Shown piece after piece: positions 35,858-45,304 of a DNA stretch of 64,000 nucleotides. The notes below the pieces were generated by a model. That model did no database searches. It saw nothing but the letters and a program-made list of their open reading frames with translations, and was not told the origin of the DNA. The stretch is taken from positions 1 to 64,000 of the IMG/VR virus record IMGVR_UViG_3300038463_000730; one strand, written 5' to 3'. Positions within the stretch are counted from its first letter, which is position 1, and each line of letters opens with the position of its first letter. Position numbers and translations under genes: made by a program.

Positions 35858-36642
35858 AACCTGTCAGCACAAAGATGTCTCGAATCCAAGATCAGCTGAC
35901 CATTCTCAAAGAATGGAGAGCGTTCGAGTTCTTTGGCATTCGATTGATGGATAAACTTGCTCACGACATCTATCCGATGGAAGTGAAGCTTGAAGCTCGT
36001 CCAACCGACATCAATGCTTACACCGAATGTAGGCGTTGTCTCAAGAGCTTTCGCTTCCGTCTTATGCAAATGGCGAATGGTGACAAGTTCTGGCGACTGA
36101 CTGGCCGAGCCACAACTAATTCTCATCATTCATACGAACTACCTTGTTACGATCTTGACTATGATAGTCCGCAAGCCGGGATCGAGCTGTTAAGCGACAT
36201 CGATGACAACGGATTGTTCTGTTCAGAGGTTCGTGAATGTCACATCGATCGTAAAGAGTTCAAGAAGAAGCTCTATAAACTTGCGAAACTATCCTCTAAA
36301 TACTTCGAGCATTGTTTTTTGCATAAGGCTACGTTCAAACGGATCGTAGCCGGTTACATGACTCAAGGTGACATCACGTACACTCGGGCCCGAACTGCCG
36401 CGTTCGAGGGTCGATGCCGCGTTTGTAACATGACCTTCGGTATTCGTGTGGATGATCAGATTCACACATTCTTTCTTGGTGGGCCGAGCGGTAAATCGAT
36501 TCTGATTGAGAAAGCCGATGTACTAAATGTTGACGATTGGCTGGTCGATGCATCAAAACGCATAAGAAATGAAACGAACATCACCTTCAAAAACCAAGAC
36601 TATGCTCATTTCGCCTGTACTCGTCTCGAAATTCTTAAGTGA
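35854..36642 (+). CDS. family A double-domain protein
   Basis: KLAH...CRRC...LFC; then YFEH...CRVC...CTRLEILK-stop. Confidence 0.75.
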   Translation: MKPVSTKMSRIQDQLTILKEWRAFEFFGIRLMDKLAHDIYPMEVKLEARPTDINAYTECRRCLKSFRFRLMQMANGDKFWRLTGRATTNSHHSYELPCYDLDYDSPQAGIELLSDIDDNGLFCSEVRECHIDRKEFKKKLYKLAKLSSKYFEHCFLHKATFKRIVAGYMTQGDITYTRARTAAFEGRCRVCNMTFGIRVDDQIHTFFLGGPSGKSILIEKADVLNVDDWLVDASKRIRNETNITFKNQDYAHFACTRLEILK

Positions 36643-37075
36643 TCCAGATGAACCCGATTACTACAAAGCGGCTCGGATCGTTGCCAACTTAATGAAGCAT
36701 GACTTGGCTGAAAAGAATCCTTGGAAGAAACTGCAAGGGGAATACGGAACAGTCGTGGATGGCCACTGCCAATGCCTCTACCCAACGTGTCAACGGCATC
36801 TCTTTGTTTGCAAGGTGAATCTCCCGATCGATCCGACCTTCCTTAATAAACTAGGAATCATCGAGGAGAAAACAACCCACGCCTACTATCTCATTCAGCA
36901 GCATGAAGGACGGGAACAGACACTCTGCACGCTCGGCTACGGTCGCACGGATCGCCGGTATGCTAAATACCGACAGTATCATGCGTACGTATCGATCCCC
37001 AGGTTGTTAGCTGGTAAACAAATCATTCAAACTGACGATAAGTACTTGTGCGGTAGATTTAACATTCTCCGGTGA
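36569..37075 (+). CDS. family A paralogue (start uncertain)
   Basis: LMKH...CLYPTC...CGRFNILR-stop. Confidence 0.75.
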   Translation: MKRTSPSKTKTMLISPVLVSKFLSDPDEPDYYKAARIVANLMKHDLAEKNPWKKLQGEYGTVVDGHCQCLYPTCQRHLFVCKVNLPIDPTFLNKLGIIEEKTTHAYYLIQQHEGREQTLCTLGYGRTDRRYAKYRQYHAYVSIPRLLAGKQIIQTDDKYLCGRFNILR

Positions 37076-37078
37076 ATT

Positions 37079-37426
37079 ATGTCAGATTTTGACTTGGTAT
37101 TTCGAGACTCGATGTCGTTTATCAAACGATTGGGTCATCGTATCCCGCTCGGAGAATGGCGGGACATACGTGGTGGCACATTAGGATGGTGCTCGGCCTG
37201 TGAACGCGGATTCATGTTCAAACGTATTCCGGTAGAACAATTCATACTATTTGAGTGTACCGATTCGTACAATCATGGTGCATCTGCTGCGATAGCTTAT
37301 TGGTCCAGCAAATTACATTCTTTTCAAAAAGGTTACTACAAGATATTTAAAATTGGTGACCCCGTTGATTTCGTTTCTGCTACTCATACCAAATTCATGT
37401 GCTCCAGACTACGGGTAATGATGTAA
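37079..37426 (+). CDS. family A paralogue
   Basis: RLGH...CSAC...CSRLRVMM-stop. Confidence 0.8.
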   Translation: MSDFDLVFRDSMSFIKRLGHRIPLGEWRDIRGGTLGWCSACERGFMFKRIPVEQFILFECTDSYNHGASAAIAYWSSKLHSFQKGYYKIFKIGDPVDFVSATHTKFMCSRLRVMM

Positions 37427-37755
37427 TGCACCTAGAATATTTCTCTGCGTTCCTTCGTCATCTCGGTCATGAACTGGCTGACTGGAGAATGATCGAGTCC
37501 AAATATTGGAAAGAGTTCCATACCTATTGTCCGAAAGTTGGTTGTGGCAAAATGTTCAAGATCCACAACCACTCTAGTCAATGGACAATGGATCGAATCA
37601 TGGTTAATCAATACGGCCATGACCGTGAAGAGAAAGTTATGGATTTCCATGATCGTGAACTGAGCGCATGGAATGGTGAGCCGCTTAATTATCATCGGGA
37701 GAAAGCTACCATATACAAGCAACATCTGTGTTCGAAAGTGAAGGCTTTTCTATGA
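37426..37755 (+). CDS. family A paralogue
   Basis: HLGH...CPKVGC...CSKVKAFL-stop. Confidence 0.8.
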   Translation: MHLEYFSAFLRHLGHELADWRMIESKYWKEFHTYCPKVGCGKMFKIHNHSSQWTMDRIMVNQYGHDREEKVMDFHDRELSAWNGEPLNYHREKATIYKQHLCSKVKAFL

Positions 37756-38069
37756 GTTTCTATCACAACAAACGAGTTATCCTGATCACAACCAAACTAC
37801 TCCAGCATTTCGGCCATGAGCTTGACCCGGTCAACTGGCAGCCTGGGGAGGACTCGGATCTGGTCAACGCTTGCACGAATATGGAGTGTCGGAATCGGTT
37901 TACTTTGTTCACACCTTTTCCACACAACTACTCGGCCGATCGTATCTGGCGTATGATGAACATCGAATCATTCGAAGGCTTCCACTTCAATGAGAGCATG
38001 GAGTATCAGGAAGTAAAGAATCGTGTATTGCGCATTCGTAATAAGAACCTGTATTGTGGCTGTCACTAA
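37752..38069 (+). CDS. family A paralogue lacking the C-terminal tag
   Basis: HFGH...CTNMEC...LYCGCH-stop. Confidence 0.75.
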   Translation: MSFYHNKRVILITTKLLQHFGHELDPVNWQPGEDSDLVNACTNMECRNRFTLFTPFPHNYSADRIWRMMNIESFEGFHFNESMEYQEVKNRVLRIRNKNLYCGCH

Positions 38070-38398
38070 TGGCCCGTTCTTTGTACCATAGGAAAGCTGA
38101 ATCTGGCTTGCGTACCCTAGGTCATAAGATCGAGGTACGTGAGGTCATCCCGACTCTCAACGAATTGAACGCGCGAGCCGTGTTTACCGACTATGTGGTA
38201 AAACTGTGGGTATGTTTAAAATGCAAAAAAGTATTCATGCTACACAAAACGCCCAGCTCGCAGTACGTTACCAAGCACGTTGAACAATTCTACTCAACAT
38301 TCATGTTTACTGTCCTGCGTGGCGAGGTGTATGGTCAGACCTTCCTAAACAAGGTTGACAGGTATTTCATATGCGACCGACTGAAGAATCTAGCGTAG
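38069..38398 (+). CDS. family A paralogue
   Basis: TLGH...CLKC...CDRLKNLA-stop. Confidence 0.8.
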   Translation: MARSLYHRKAESGLRTLGHKIEVREVIPTLNELNARAVFTDYVVKLWVCLKCKKVFMLHKTPSSQYVTKHVEQFYSTFMFTVLRGEVYGQTFLNKVDRYFICDRLKNLA

Positions 38399-38772
38399 AA
38401 GAGTCCGGCATAAGAGAAGCTGAAATCGTCAGCTTCAATCTGGACTGGAGCATTTGCGAATCGAACGTGGCGAAGATTCTTACGAGCTGGGGTCACCAGA
38501 TCGACGAGCAATCCTGGGTCAAAAACAAAGCCGATGAAGGCCGATTAATTTGGTGCTCGAACGAATCTTGTCGAAAACTTTTCCAGGTCACTTTAATCGG
38601 TGGCACAAACATCGCCTGGAACATCGGACAGCTTATCGTGAAGGAAGATGAAGAGCATCTTTATCGACGCGGAATCATCATCTTGTTCAACGACATTTAC
38701 TACAATGTCAGCCACTTAAAACGGGGAGTTAAACCCGAATTCTTTTGTTCTCGGTACATTAACTTCAGGTGA
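38371..38772 (+). CDS. family A paralogue
   Basis: SWGH...CSNESC...CSRYINFR-stop. Confidence 0.8.
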   Translation: MRPTEESSVEESGIREAEIVSFNLDWSICESNVAKILTSWGHQIDEQSWVKNKADEGRLIWCSNESCRKLFQVTLIGGTNIAWNIGQLIVKEDEEHLYRRGIIILFNDIYYNVSHLKRGVKPEFFCSRYINFR

Positions 38773-38835
38773 CTTTCGCCATCCGCCGTAGTAAGCTGTC
38801 GGTGCTTCGGAAGAGCCGTTTAGAGCCTGGCGATA

Positions 38836-39267
38836 ATGAGACATTTTCTAAAGAGCAGAACAGTTTCTCGCGTCGAGATCCCGAATAAGGATCGTCTTCA
38901 GCTCTTTAGGATGGACTCTTTGACTAAAAACAAATCAATTGCACTCGACAGTGGTGATGATTCTTGCACCAGAATAAAAATTGCCGAACCGGAAGATACT
39001 CGGCATTGTGTCGCGCCACCGGCTCCGACAGAAAAAGAATCGGATGAAATGTTCGGGCTCGAAGCTGGATTGATTCGGCTGCCCGTCATGTCTGCGATTT
39101 CGGACCCGTACGTGCTGGAGGAACTAGTTCTATTCACACGTAGCGAGAAGCTTCATGAGATGGCGGAGGATTTAGGACTCTTTGACGAAGAGGAAGAAAA
39201 GTCCACCGTTGACAGCCACACGATCGCTCCCGGCAGGATTCGTCGGAAGCTTGATGACATTGCCTAA
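38836..39267 (+). CDS. hypothetical acidic protein
   Basis: 143 aa ORF. Confidence 0.6.
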   Translation: MRHFLKSRTVSRVEIPNKDRLQLFRMDSLTKNKSIALDSGDDSCTRIKIAEPEDTRHCVAPPAPTEKESDEMFGLEAGLIRLPVMSAISDPYVLEELVLFTRSEKLHEMAEDLGLFDEEEEKSTVDSHTIAPGRIRRKLDDIA

Positions 39268-39533
39268 TGGACGAGTGCCCTCTATGTGGGTCGTGCGTTC
39301 CGTCGCTGTGTGATTGCTCGGCAACCCTGAAACAAATTCACAACGATCTAGTCGAGATCAATCGGCGAATCGAAAGTGAACGACCTCGGAATACACCGAT
39401 CACGATCCTTCCAGTCCCGGATAAGAAAATCAAATACTCACCCGACCTCAGAACTCCTGCGGAACCAACCTCGAAACTAGCTCAGTTCTTTAGACGTATA
39501 AAGGATTGGTTTCGTGGTATATGGTCGTGGTGA
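39267..39533 (+). CDS. hypothetical protein (N-terminal CxxC...CxC)
   Basis: 88 aa ORF. Confidence 0.6.
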   Translation: MDECPLCGSCVPSLCDCSATLKQIHNDLVEINRRIESERPRNTPITILPVPDKKIKYSPDLRTPAEPTSKLAQFFRRIKDWFRGIWSW

Positions 39534-39904
39534 CATTAGCAGCAATTCAAGCGCCAATAATCAAACGAGCCGTTCGAGTCTTCCAGCACTTCGGTCATCA
39601 TTTCGATCTTCAGCGGGTCAAACTAAAACCAAACTTCCGTCCTATCTCTCGCTTTCCTGACCCGAACATCAATCTAGCTGTCGGACCGAACAAAGGACAG
39701 AAAGTCTATTGCGCAGGGTACGCTTCGGTTTGTACGGTGTGCAGCGTTAATCTAGGCATGCAAGAAAGCCCATTCGAACATGAGTGGGCTTTTTCAATTA
39801 ACGAGTTGGTACTTCGGGATTACTCAGAAGACGAGCAGCTAAACACCGAACTACACCGTAGATACCCAGGTCTGGTTTGTCCCCGTCTTAGGAATTTCTT
39901 ATGA
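39521..39904 (+). CDS. family A paralogue
   Basis: HFGH...CTVC...CPRLRNFL-stop. Confidence 0.8.
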   Translation: MVVVTLAAIQAPIIKRAVRVFQHFGHHFDLQRVKLKPNFRPISRFPDPNINLAVGPNKGQKVYCAGYASVCTVCSVNLGMQESPFEHEWAFSINELVLRDYSEDEQLNTELHRRYPGLVCPRLRNFL

Positions 39905-40284
39905 TCGTCAACACCGAGCAACAAGCCAAACTTCACAAAGTTGTCAGTGATTGTGTTACGGCTTTCGACTTCATTGACCATTCGTTCCCATTTAGACTTC
40001 TACGGCAAGCATCGATGGTAGCAGCCCACATTCCTGAGGTCAAAGAATATCCTCGAACAACTACAACACGATTCGTTGGTTATTGCCGAAACTGTTCTAT
40101 TGAAATAATGTTAACTGTCGGATCATTCCCAATGCGTACGTACACTCACTATGATTTGTTTTTCAATCGAGAACGGTCTTTCAATCTCGTTCTAGACCGC
40201 ACGTTCATTAAAGACCTGGGGTTTCGTACACACTCGAATGGTTTCACAATACCGATTTGCAAAAAGTTCGAGGCTTTCGTATGA
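39901..40284 (+). CDS. family A paralogue
   Basis: FIDH...CRNC...CKKFEAFV-stop. Confidence 0.75.
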   Translation: MIVNTEQQAKLHKVVSDCVTAFDFIDHSFPFRLLRQASMVAAHIPEVKEYPRTTTTRFVGYCRNCSIEIMLTVGSFPMRTYTHYDLFFNRERSFNLVLDRTFIKDLGFRTHSNGFTIPICKKFEAFV

Positions 40285-40619
40285 GAACGAAGATTCAGAT
40301 TGAACTGGAGACGTTAGCCCGAGCCATGAGTAAACGTTTTCTACACAAATTCTGGGGCAAAGAATACATCGGCTTAATCAAACGAGTCAAAGGGTACTGT
40401 AGTCACTGCGGCATTCAAATTCTATTGGTCAAAGGAAAGGGTGCCGAGCATTCGTTATTCCTTGGGACACGACACTTTCGCGTGGGCAATGAGCGGTTCG
40501 CTTCATCCGGAACTTATCCTAGCTTGATCGTTTCAAAAATGCTGATCATGCCATCAGATCCGATATCGAGAGAATTGCTTCTTGAGCACGGCTGTAAAAA
40601 GTTCGTAGCTTTACTATGA
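40281..40619 (+). CDS. family A paralogue
   Basis: RFLH...CSHC...CKKFVALL-stop. Confidence 0.75.
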   Translation: MRTKIQIELETLARAMSKRFLHKFWGKEYIGLIKRVKGYCSHCGIQILLVKGKGAEHSLFLGTRHFRVGNERFASSGTYPSLIVSKMLIMPSDPISRELLLEHGCKKFVALL

Positions 40620-40634
40620 CGAGAGATCCGGGTC

Positions 40635-40991
40635 ATGACAGCTGTAATTGGAATGGCGGAATTGAACCTGGAAACAAAGCAAACATTTGAGGAGCTGGTC
40701 CAGATTGCCCGTCCCTACGTTCGTAAATTAGGCCACACGATTGGCGAGTGGGAGCTTGGGCCTCGACCTCACATCAGCTTCCACATCTTCACAATTTGCA
40801 AAGCGTGCAAGAAGAAAATCAAATGCCAGAAGTGCCTTGTCGTTGGGACTGAAGACGAGATCACGTATCGCTGGGAGATTATCGTTGGTAACTACATAAG
40901 TGTCTCGTTGAGCCGTGAAGCCGAACTAGTCGAAAACATTAAAGACACGTGGGAACGATGTCTCTGTACTAGACTATCGGTGATGCTGTAA
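40635..40991 (+). CDS. family A paralogue
   Basis: KLGH...CKAC...CTRLSVML-stop. Confidence 0.8.
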   Translation: MTAVIGMAELNLETKQTFEELVQIARPYVRKLGHTIGEWELGPRPHISFHIFTICKACKKKIKCQKCLVVGTEDEITYRWEIIVGNYISVSLSREAELVENIKDTWERCLCTRLSVML

Positions 40992-40992
40992 C

Positions 40993-41319
40993 ATGAAATA
41001 TCTTACGGAAGATAAACTACAGGTCATCCACACTGGCCTCCGAAAGATGGGACATCGCATCGATTGGAAATCTCCAGATGAACCGGTGTTCAATCTAAAT
41101 GGGGAACTGATCCTGGTCGGAACATGCCAGAATTGTCATCAACTGCTTGAATGTTTTTATTCTGGAATGAGTTCGGTCTGTAACGTCTACGTTGACAAGG
41201 TTCGAACGATATACATTTCGAAAAAGGGTGACGTTCGAATAAGTGGGATGAATGGGATGAAATATTACCCCGTGAGTTACGGCTCGATTCAATGCCCGAA
41301 GCTTGTTGTCATGCTTTAG
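40993..41319 (+). CDS. family A paralogue
   Basis: KMGH...CQNC...CPKLVVML-stop. Confidence 0.8.
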   Translation: MKYLTEDKLQVIHTGLRKMGHRIDWKSPDEPVFNLNGELILVGTCQNCHQLLECFYSGMSSVCNVYVDKVRTIYISKKGDVRISGMNGMKYYPVSYGSIQCPKLVVML

Positions 41320-41327
41320 GATAATCT

Positions 41328-41606
41328 TTGGCAAATCCACAGACTCAATCAATCGCCAGCATTTTCGCAGCGATAAAAAAGAAAACGGGGCATAAAGTCG
41401 ATAGGCTCGATAATGAATTCGTTCGCGGTTGGCTCGTTTATACGGCCAGGTGTCGATACTGCAATTCAGAAATTGAGCTTTACACAGAGGGAAATCTAGT
41501 CGCGATCAATAAATTCATTGCCGGTTCGTTTGAAAACAATCGATGGCGAATCAATCCATTGGTCACGAAGATGCTCTTGTGTAAAAGATTGAAGGTGATG
41601 TTGTGA
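41328..41606 (+). CDS. family A paralogue
   Basis: KTGH...CRYC...CKRLKVML-stop. Confidence 0.8.
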   Translation: MANPQTQSIASIFAAIKKKTGHKVDRLDNEFVRGWLVYTARCRYCNSEIELYTEGNLVAINKFIAGSFENNRWRINPLVTKMLLCKRLKVML

Positions 41607-41929
41607 TGCCGCTGATCATTTGGCCGTTGATTCCAAAGCCTGTCCCATCCGGGACAATCGAACAAAAGACCGAGTGGTTTTTAGCAATGCTTTGCGAGGT
41701 CCGCCGCCGTGCAGGACATCGCTGGGCACCTCTAAAGGAGGGAGCCTTTGACGTGCCGAGGGTCATTTGCCTCTACACATTCTGCCTCTCGTGTGGCATA
41801 TACATTCACATGTACCCGGAGGAACCACACCTTTACTTCCAGAATGGAACTGGAGGCTTACAGTTCGGTTTTGACATCCCAGACGGTTGGAAACCAAAGG
41901 TTTGCGACAAGCTGGCGTCATTCGTTTAG
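41603..41929 (+). CDS. family A paralogue
   Basis: RAGH...CLSC...CDKLASFV-stop. Confidence 0.8.
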   Translation: MMPLIIWPLIPKPVPSGTIEQKTEWFLAMLCEVRRRAGHRWAPLKEGAFDVPRVICLYTFCLSCGIYIHMYPEEPHLYFQNGTGGLQFGFDIPDGWKPKVCDKLASFV

Positions 41930-42203
41930 TACCGGGTGACTTTCTCTCAATGCCACTTTTCTCGCTTCGAGTTCGGCCAATTCCATTGACTCTGGTCGTG
42001 CAGAATACATACTGACTACAGACACGACTTGAAAAGGTGGGGTATTCAACCACCAAGGACCGATGGTAGCGCTCCTTTGCGGCCGATGGCAAAGCTCTCG
42101 CTTTCGAGCCTCAGACCAGCCTATCGTCAGGTGTTTTCAACCAGTTGTAAGTTGTTGAATTCACACAGGATCTAACCGCTACTACGAGTACACGCCGGAC
42201 CTT

Positions 42204-42219
42204 TGGCACCCGGTTTGCA
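42204..42219 (+). promoter_or_regulatory. sigma54-type promoter
   Basis: TGGCACCCGGTTTGCA fits TGGCAC-N5-TTGCA; intergenic, about 80 nt upstream of a gene. Confidence 0.65.
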
Positions 42220-42301
42220 AAGTGTTTTCGTAGGCAGCCCGATAAGAGTTGGATCTCCGTTCCTCACGAACTCAACCAAGGGAGCCCAGGCCAAACCCCA
42301 A

Positions 42302-42724
42302 AGGATGGATCAGATGACAACGACTCGTAACACAGCCAGTACTTCGCCCCCTGTGACGCCGATGACTCCTGCAACTCCTGGATTGGCCGATGCAAATGCG
42401 CTGATCAAGAGGGTGTTCGACGCCACGGAACACGCGATCGAAAACCTCACGATCGGCGAACGCATCTCCTTGAAAGGCTTGACCGAAAGGGTTTCGGCCT
42501 TTCTAGCTCTACCGCAGTCAACTGTTTCACCTTTCGTCTCGCTCTGGACGAAAAACAACAGTGACAAATGCACAGTGATGAAAGGACGAAAAGGAGGAAT
42601 CTATCGCGGCAAGCCCGTGAGAAAAGAAGACCTCGTCCCACGTTGCTCGCATTGCGGTCAAAAGCTACGCGCTGGAAAAGGCGCGGCAGCGAAGAAGCAG
42701 GAAACGACGCCGAAGGCTGCGTAA
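42302..42724 (+). CDS. basic, putative DNA-binding protein (wHTH-like core plus CxxC)
   Basis: LKGLTERVSAFL...VMKGRKGGIYRG...CSHC; Lys-rich tail. Confidence 0.65.
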   Translation, partial: RMDQMTTTRNTASTSPPVTPMTPATPGLADANALIKRVFDATEHAIENLTIGERISLKGLTERVSAFLALPQSTVSPFVSLWTKNNSDKCTVMKGRKGGIYRGKPVRKEDLVPRCSHCGQKLRAGKGAAAKKQETTPKAA

Positions 42725-42760
42725 CCATTCGTCAAATCATCATCTGTCCGGCCTAGAACG

Positions 42761-42797
42761 AGGCCCGGCGCGAAAGCGTTCGGGCCTTTTTCTTTTG
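42761..42797 (+). terminator. Rho-independent terminator
   Basis: AGGCCCGGCGC-GAAA-GCGTTCGGGCCT followed by a T-tract. Confidence 0.85.
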
Positions 42798-42906
42798 TCA
42801 CAAATGTACGCCATTACCGCCTCACACTGGCAAAACGCCACGCCTCAAGCGAAAGCTACGACTCATCGTTTGACGATGGACTGAGAACGAATCGATCCCC
42901 GTTGGC

Positions 42907-43362
42907 ATGGTTGATCACACCGTACCGCGCTTCGTCGAGCTGGCATTCGGCAAACTTCAGCCCTTCGATCGATGCCCGCTGTGTGAGTCGAAAGCTCCGG
43001 CATGCTTTTATCTTCGAGAGTCGAACAGCACACGGTATTTTATTGATCCGAAGGATGACTCCCGAACCATCATCTCGGATCAAATCCTGCACTTTAGCTG
43101 CCGTACTCAGTCAATCCAGATCGTTCAGAAGGTTGAAGCAAATAGAAGACTTGTTACCTCGTCATGTCAGGTAGAACGTAATGGTTCCCTGTACATAGCG
43201 GTGATCGACTTCGCACAAAACAACACTTCTTTTCGGAAGACACGCGCAAAGCATGAAGATGGCTACCAGTTCAGTGTAACGGGGTGCCGCAAACGCCTGT
43301 TCCTCTCTGAGAGCGTAGATGAATGGTGTGACTCACTAGACCGCTTCTTTAACTTCGCATGA
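42907..43362 (+). CDS. hypothetical protein (CPLC)
   Basis: 151 aa ORF. Confidence 0.6.
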   Translation: MVDHTVPRFVELAFGKLQPFDRCPLCESKAPACFYLRESNSTRYFIDPKDDSRTIISDQILHFSCRTQSIQIVQKVEANRRLVTSSCQVERNGSLYIAVIDFAQNNTSFRKTRAKHEDGYQFSVTGCRKRLFLSESVDEWCDSLDRFFNFA

Positions 43363-43431
43363 TCTCAATGCTTAGCGACTTTCGGTGGTCGGGCCATTGA
43401 CACGAGCTACAGGTGAGCTACTGTAATAGAC

Positions 43432-44043
43432 ATGATACCGGACCTGACCCAAGCGCTCGCCAATGCCGCGATCGGCATGAAACGCATTCATTTCACGCCC
43501 GGTGACGAAAACTCGTACCAGAAGTCGTACGTCGAGGGAGAAGAGTTGATCATCAACGATGATCGAAATCGCGCTCATAATGGATTCCGGATGAACATCC
43601 GAACATTGGTTTTTACCGAACTCGCGAAGGTTCGTAACGAAACCAAACTATTCAGGCCAACGTTCGAGCCTGCAACACGAGCCACTGGGATCCGACCGAT
43701 CGCTATTCAAATCAATGACAGCTCGGTCATGAACGATCATTGGGAAGCTAGTTTGATCTATCGCTGCGCATTGAACTTGGAGCGGCGGTACTTGATGGAC
43801 ACCGTACTCTATTACATGTCGCGGCGAATCAAAACTGCCAACTCTGAACTGCGGATTGAATGGGAAGCACACAACCATAACTGCCGCATTACAGAGTACC
43901 CGATTCTCACAGAGGAGAACCCGAGCGTCGAAGCAATTCGGGCGGCACGGACCGGGAAACTAAAGCACACGTTTAAAAACGTGAATCGTGAATTCTTTGA
44001 AACGATCGGTTCAAAAATCGAGCGATTACAAACGTGGCTCTAA
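43432..44043 (+). CDS. hypothetical protein with C-terminal tag ERLQTWL
   Basis: 203 aa ORF. Confidence 0.7.
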   Translation: MIPDLTQALANAAIGMKRIHFTPGDENSYQKSYVEGEELIINDDRNRAHNGFRMNIRTLVFTELAKVRNETKLFRPTFEPATRATGIRPIAIQINDSSVMNDHWEASLIYRCALNLERRYLMDTVLYYMSRRIKTANSELRIEWEAHNHNCRITEYPILTEENPSVEAIRAARTGKLKHTFKNVNREFFETIGSKIERLQTWL

Positions 44044-44194
44044 CGGTCTAATGGTTTCCAGTCGCCAAAATCATTGGTTTCTGCACTATCAAACATCGTC
44101 CTTTTCTGGTACACTTCCGTGATAAATCAGTGGTTACGGCCACTTGAGGGTTTGTTCAGAGTTCAGCCGTACGCTGAAATAAAAGGGGGATTCA

Positions 44195-45256
44195 ATGCTC
44201 AGTGCATTCATCTTGAGCAATCGACGTGAAATCATTGCAAATTCGTGTAGAACGATCGCATTGAGATCTGGTTTGATTCCAGACGAAACTCCTGCCGCAG
44301 TGCCGGTATTCCTGAATTTTTTTCTCAGCCAATTGGTCAATATTCTTTCGTATTCGTGTCCTGATGACGGAATGAAACGAACGGCTGCCATCCACGGCGG
44401 CTCGATGCTGGGTCTCGGTTATTCCGTTTCACATGTCGTCCACGACTATGGAGACATTGGTAAGGCTATTATCTGTTTGGCTTTGAAATGTGAAATAGTC
44501 TTCACTGTCCAAGACTTTTACCAGCTATGTCGATGCATCGATTCAGCAGTTTCGGCAGCCGTTACAGAATACGAACGTCTTCGAGACCAGAACGTTGCTC
44601 GGGCCGAGACAGAGCGCATCGGTATATTCGCCCACGAATTACGAAACAAGATGAGTGCCGCAACACTCGCCTACCAATCCATCGTTTCGGGACGCTCACC
44701 TGTTAAAGGCGGAGTCTCGGCAGTCGTTACAAGGAACCTGATCAACGTTAATGATCTGATCGAACGAGAAATCAATCAGGTTCGAGTTGACTCGGGGAAT
44801 TGTCACCAGAAACGAATCCATCTTTACCAGTTTATGGAAGAAGCCGGATCGGATGGAATGGTTTCGGCAAATGCTCGCGGTATCTCGCTTAAGGTAAGCC
44901 CGACTCCACGCGAGATCGACATCGACGTCGATCAACAGATTCTTGCTGGAGCTGTTTCGAATCTATTGCAGAATGCATTCAAATTCACACCTCAAGGCGG
45001 ACAAGTGCTGCTGCGTACGTCTGTCTTGGACCACCGCGTTTTGATCGATGTGGCGGATGAATGCGGCGGTTTGCCAATTGGCAAGAATGAGGAATTGTTT
45101 CGAGCGTTCGAGCAACGCGGAACGAATCGCTCCGGACTCGGGCTCGGATTGTTCATCAGCCGAAAAGGCGTTGAGGCTAATAATGGCTCGATCCATGTTC
45201 AAGACATTCCCGGATCAGGATGCGTTTTCACGATCGATTTGCCATTGGCTTCGTAG
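44195..45256 (+). CDS. orphan cytoplasmic sensor histidine kinase
   Basis: H-box FAHELRN, N-box NLLQNAFKFT, DECGG, F-box LFRAF, GLGLGL, G2 GSG; no TM segments. Confidence 0.9.
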   Translation: MLSAFILSNRREIIANSCRTIALRSGLIPDETPAAVPVFLNFFLSQLVNILSYSCPDDGMKRTAAIHGGSMLGLGYSVSHVVHDYGDIGKAIICLALKCEIVFTVQDFYQLCRCIDSAVSAAVTEYERLRDQNVARAETERIGIFAHELRNKMSAATLAYQSIVSGRSPVKGGVSAVVTRNLINVNDLIEREINQVRVDSGNCHQKRIHLYQFMEEAGSDGMVSANARGISLKVSPTPREIDIDVDQQILAGAVSNLLQNAFKFTPQGGQVLLRTSVLDHRVLIDVADECGGLPIGKNEELFRAFEQRGTNRSGLGLGLFISRKGVEANNGSIHVQDIPGSGCVFTIDLPLAS

Positions 45257-45304
45257 CACTGTTCTGATTTGTCGAGGCGTTCATTCGGCGGTCATTCCTC
45301 ATGA

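Noticed and set aside
26199-41929. Diversity-generating retroelement as the source of paralogue variation
   Set aside because: No reverse transcriptase in the window, no near-identical TR/VR pair with A-specific mismatches seen, and the paralogues are diverged throughout.
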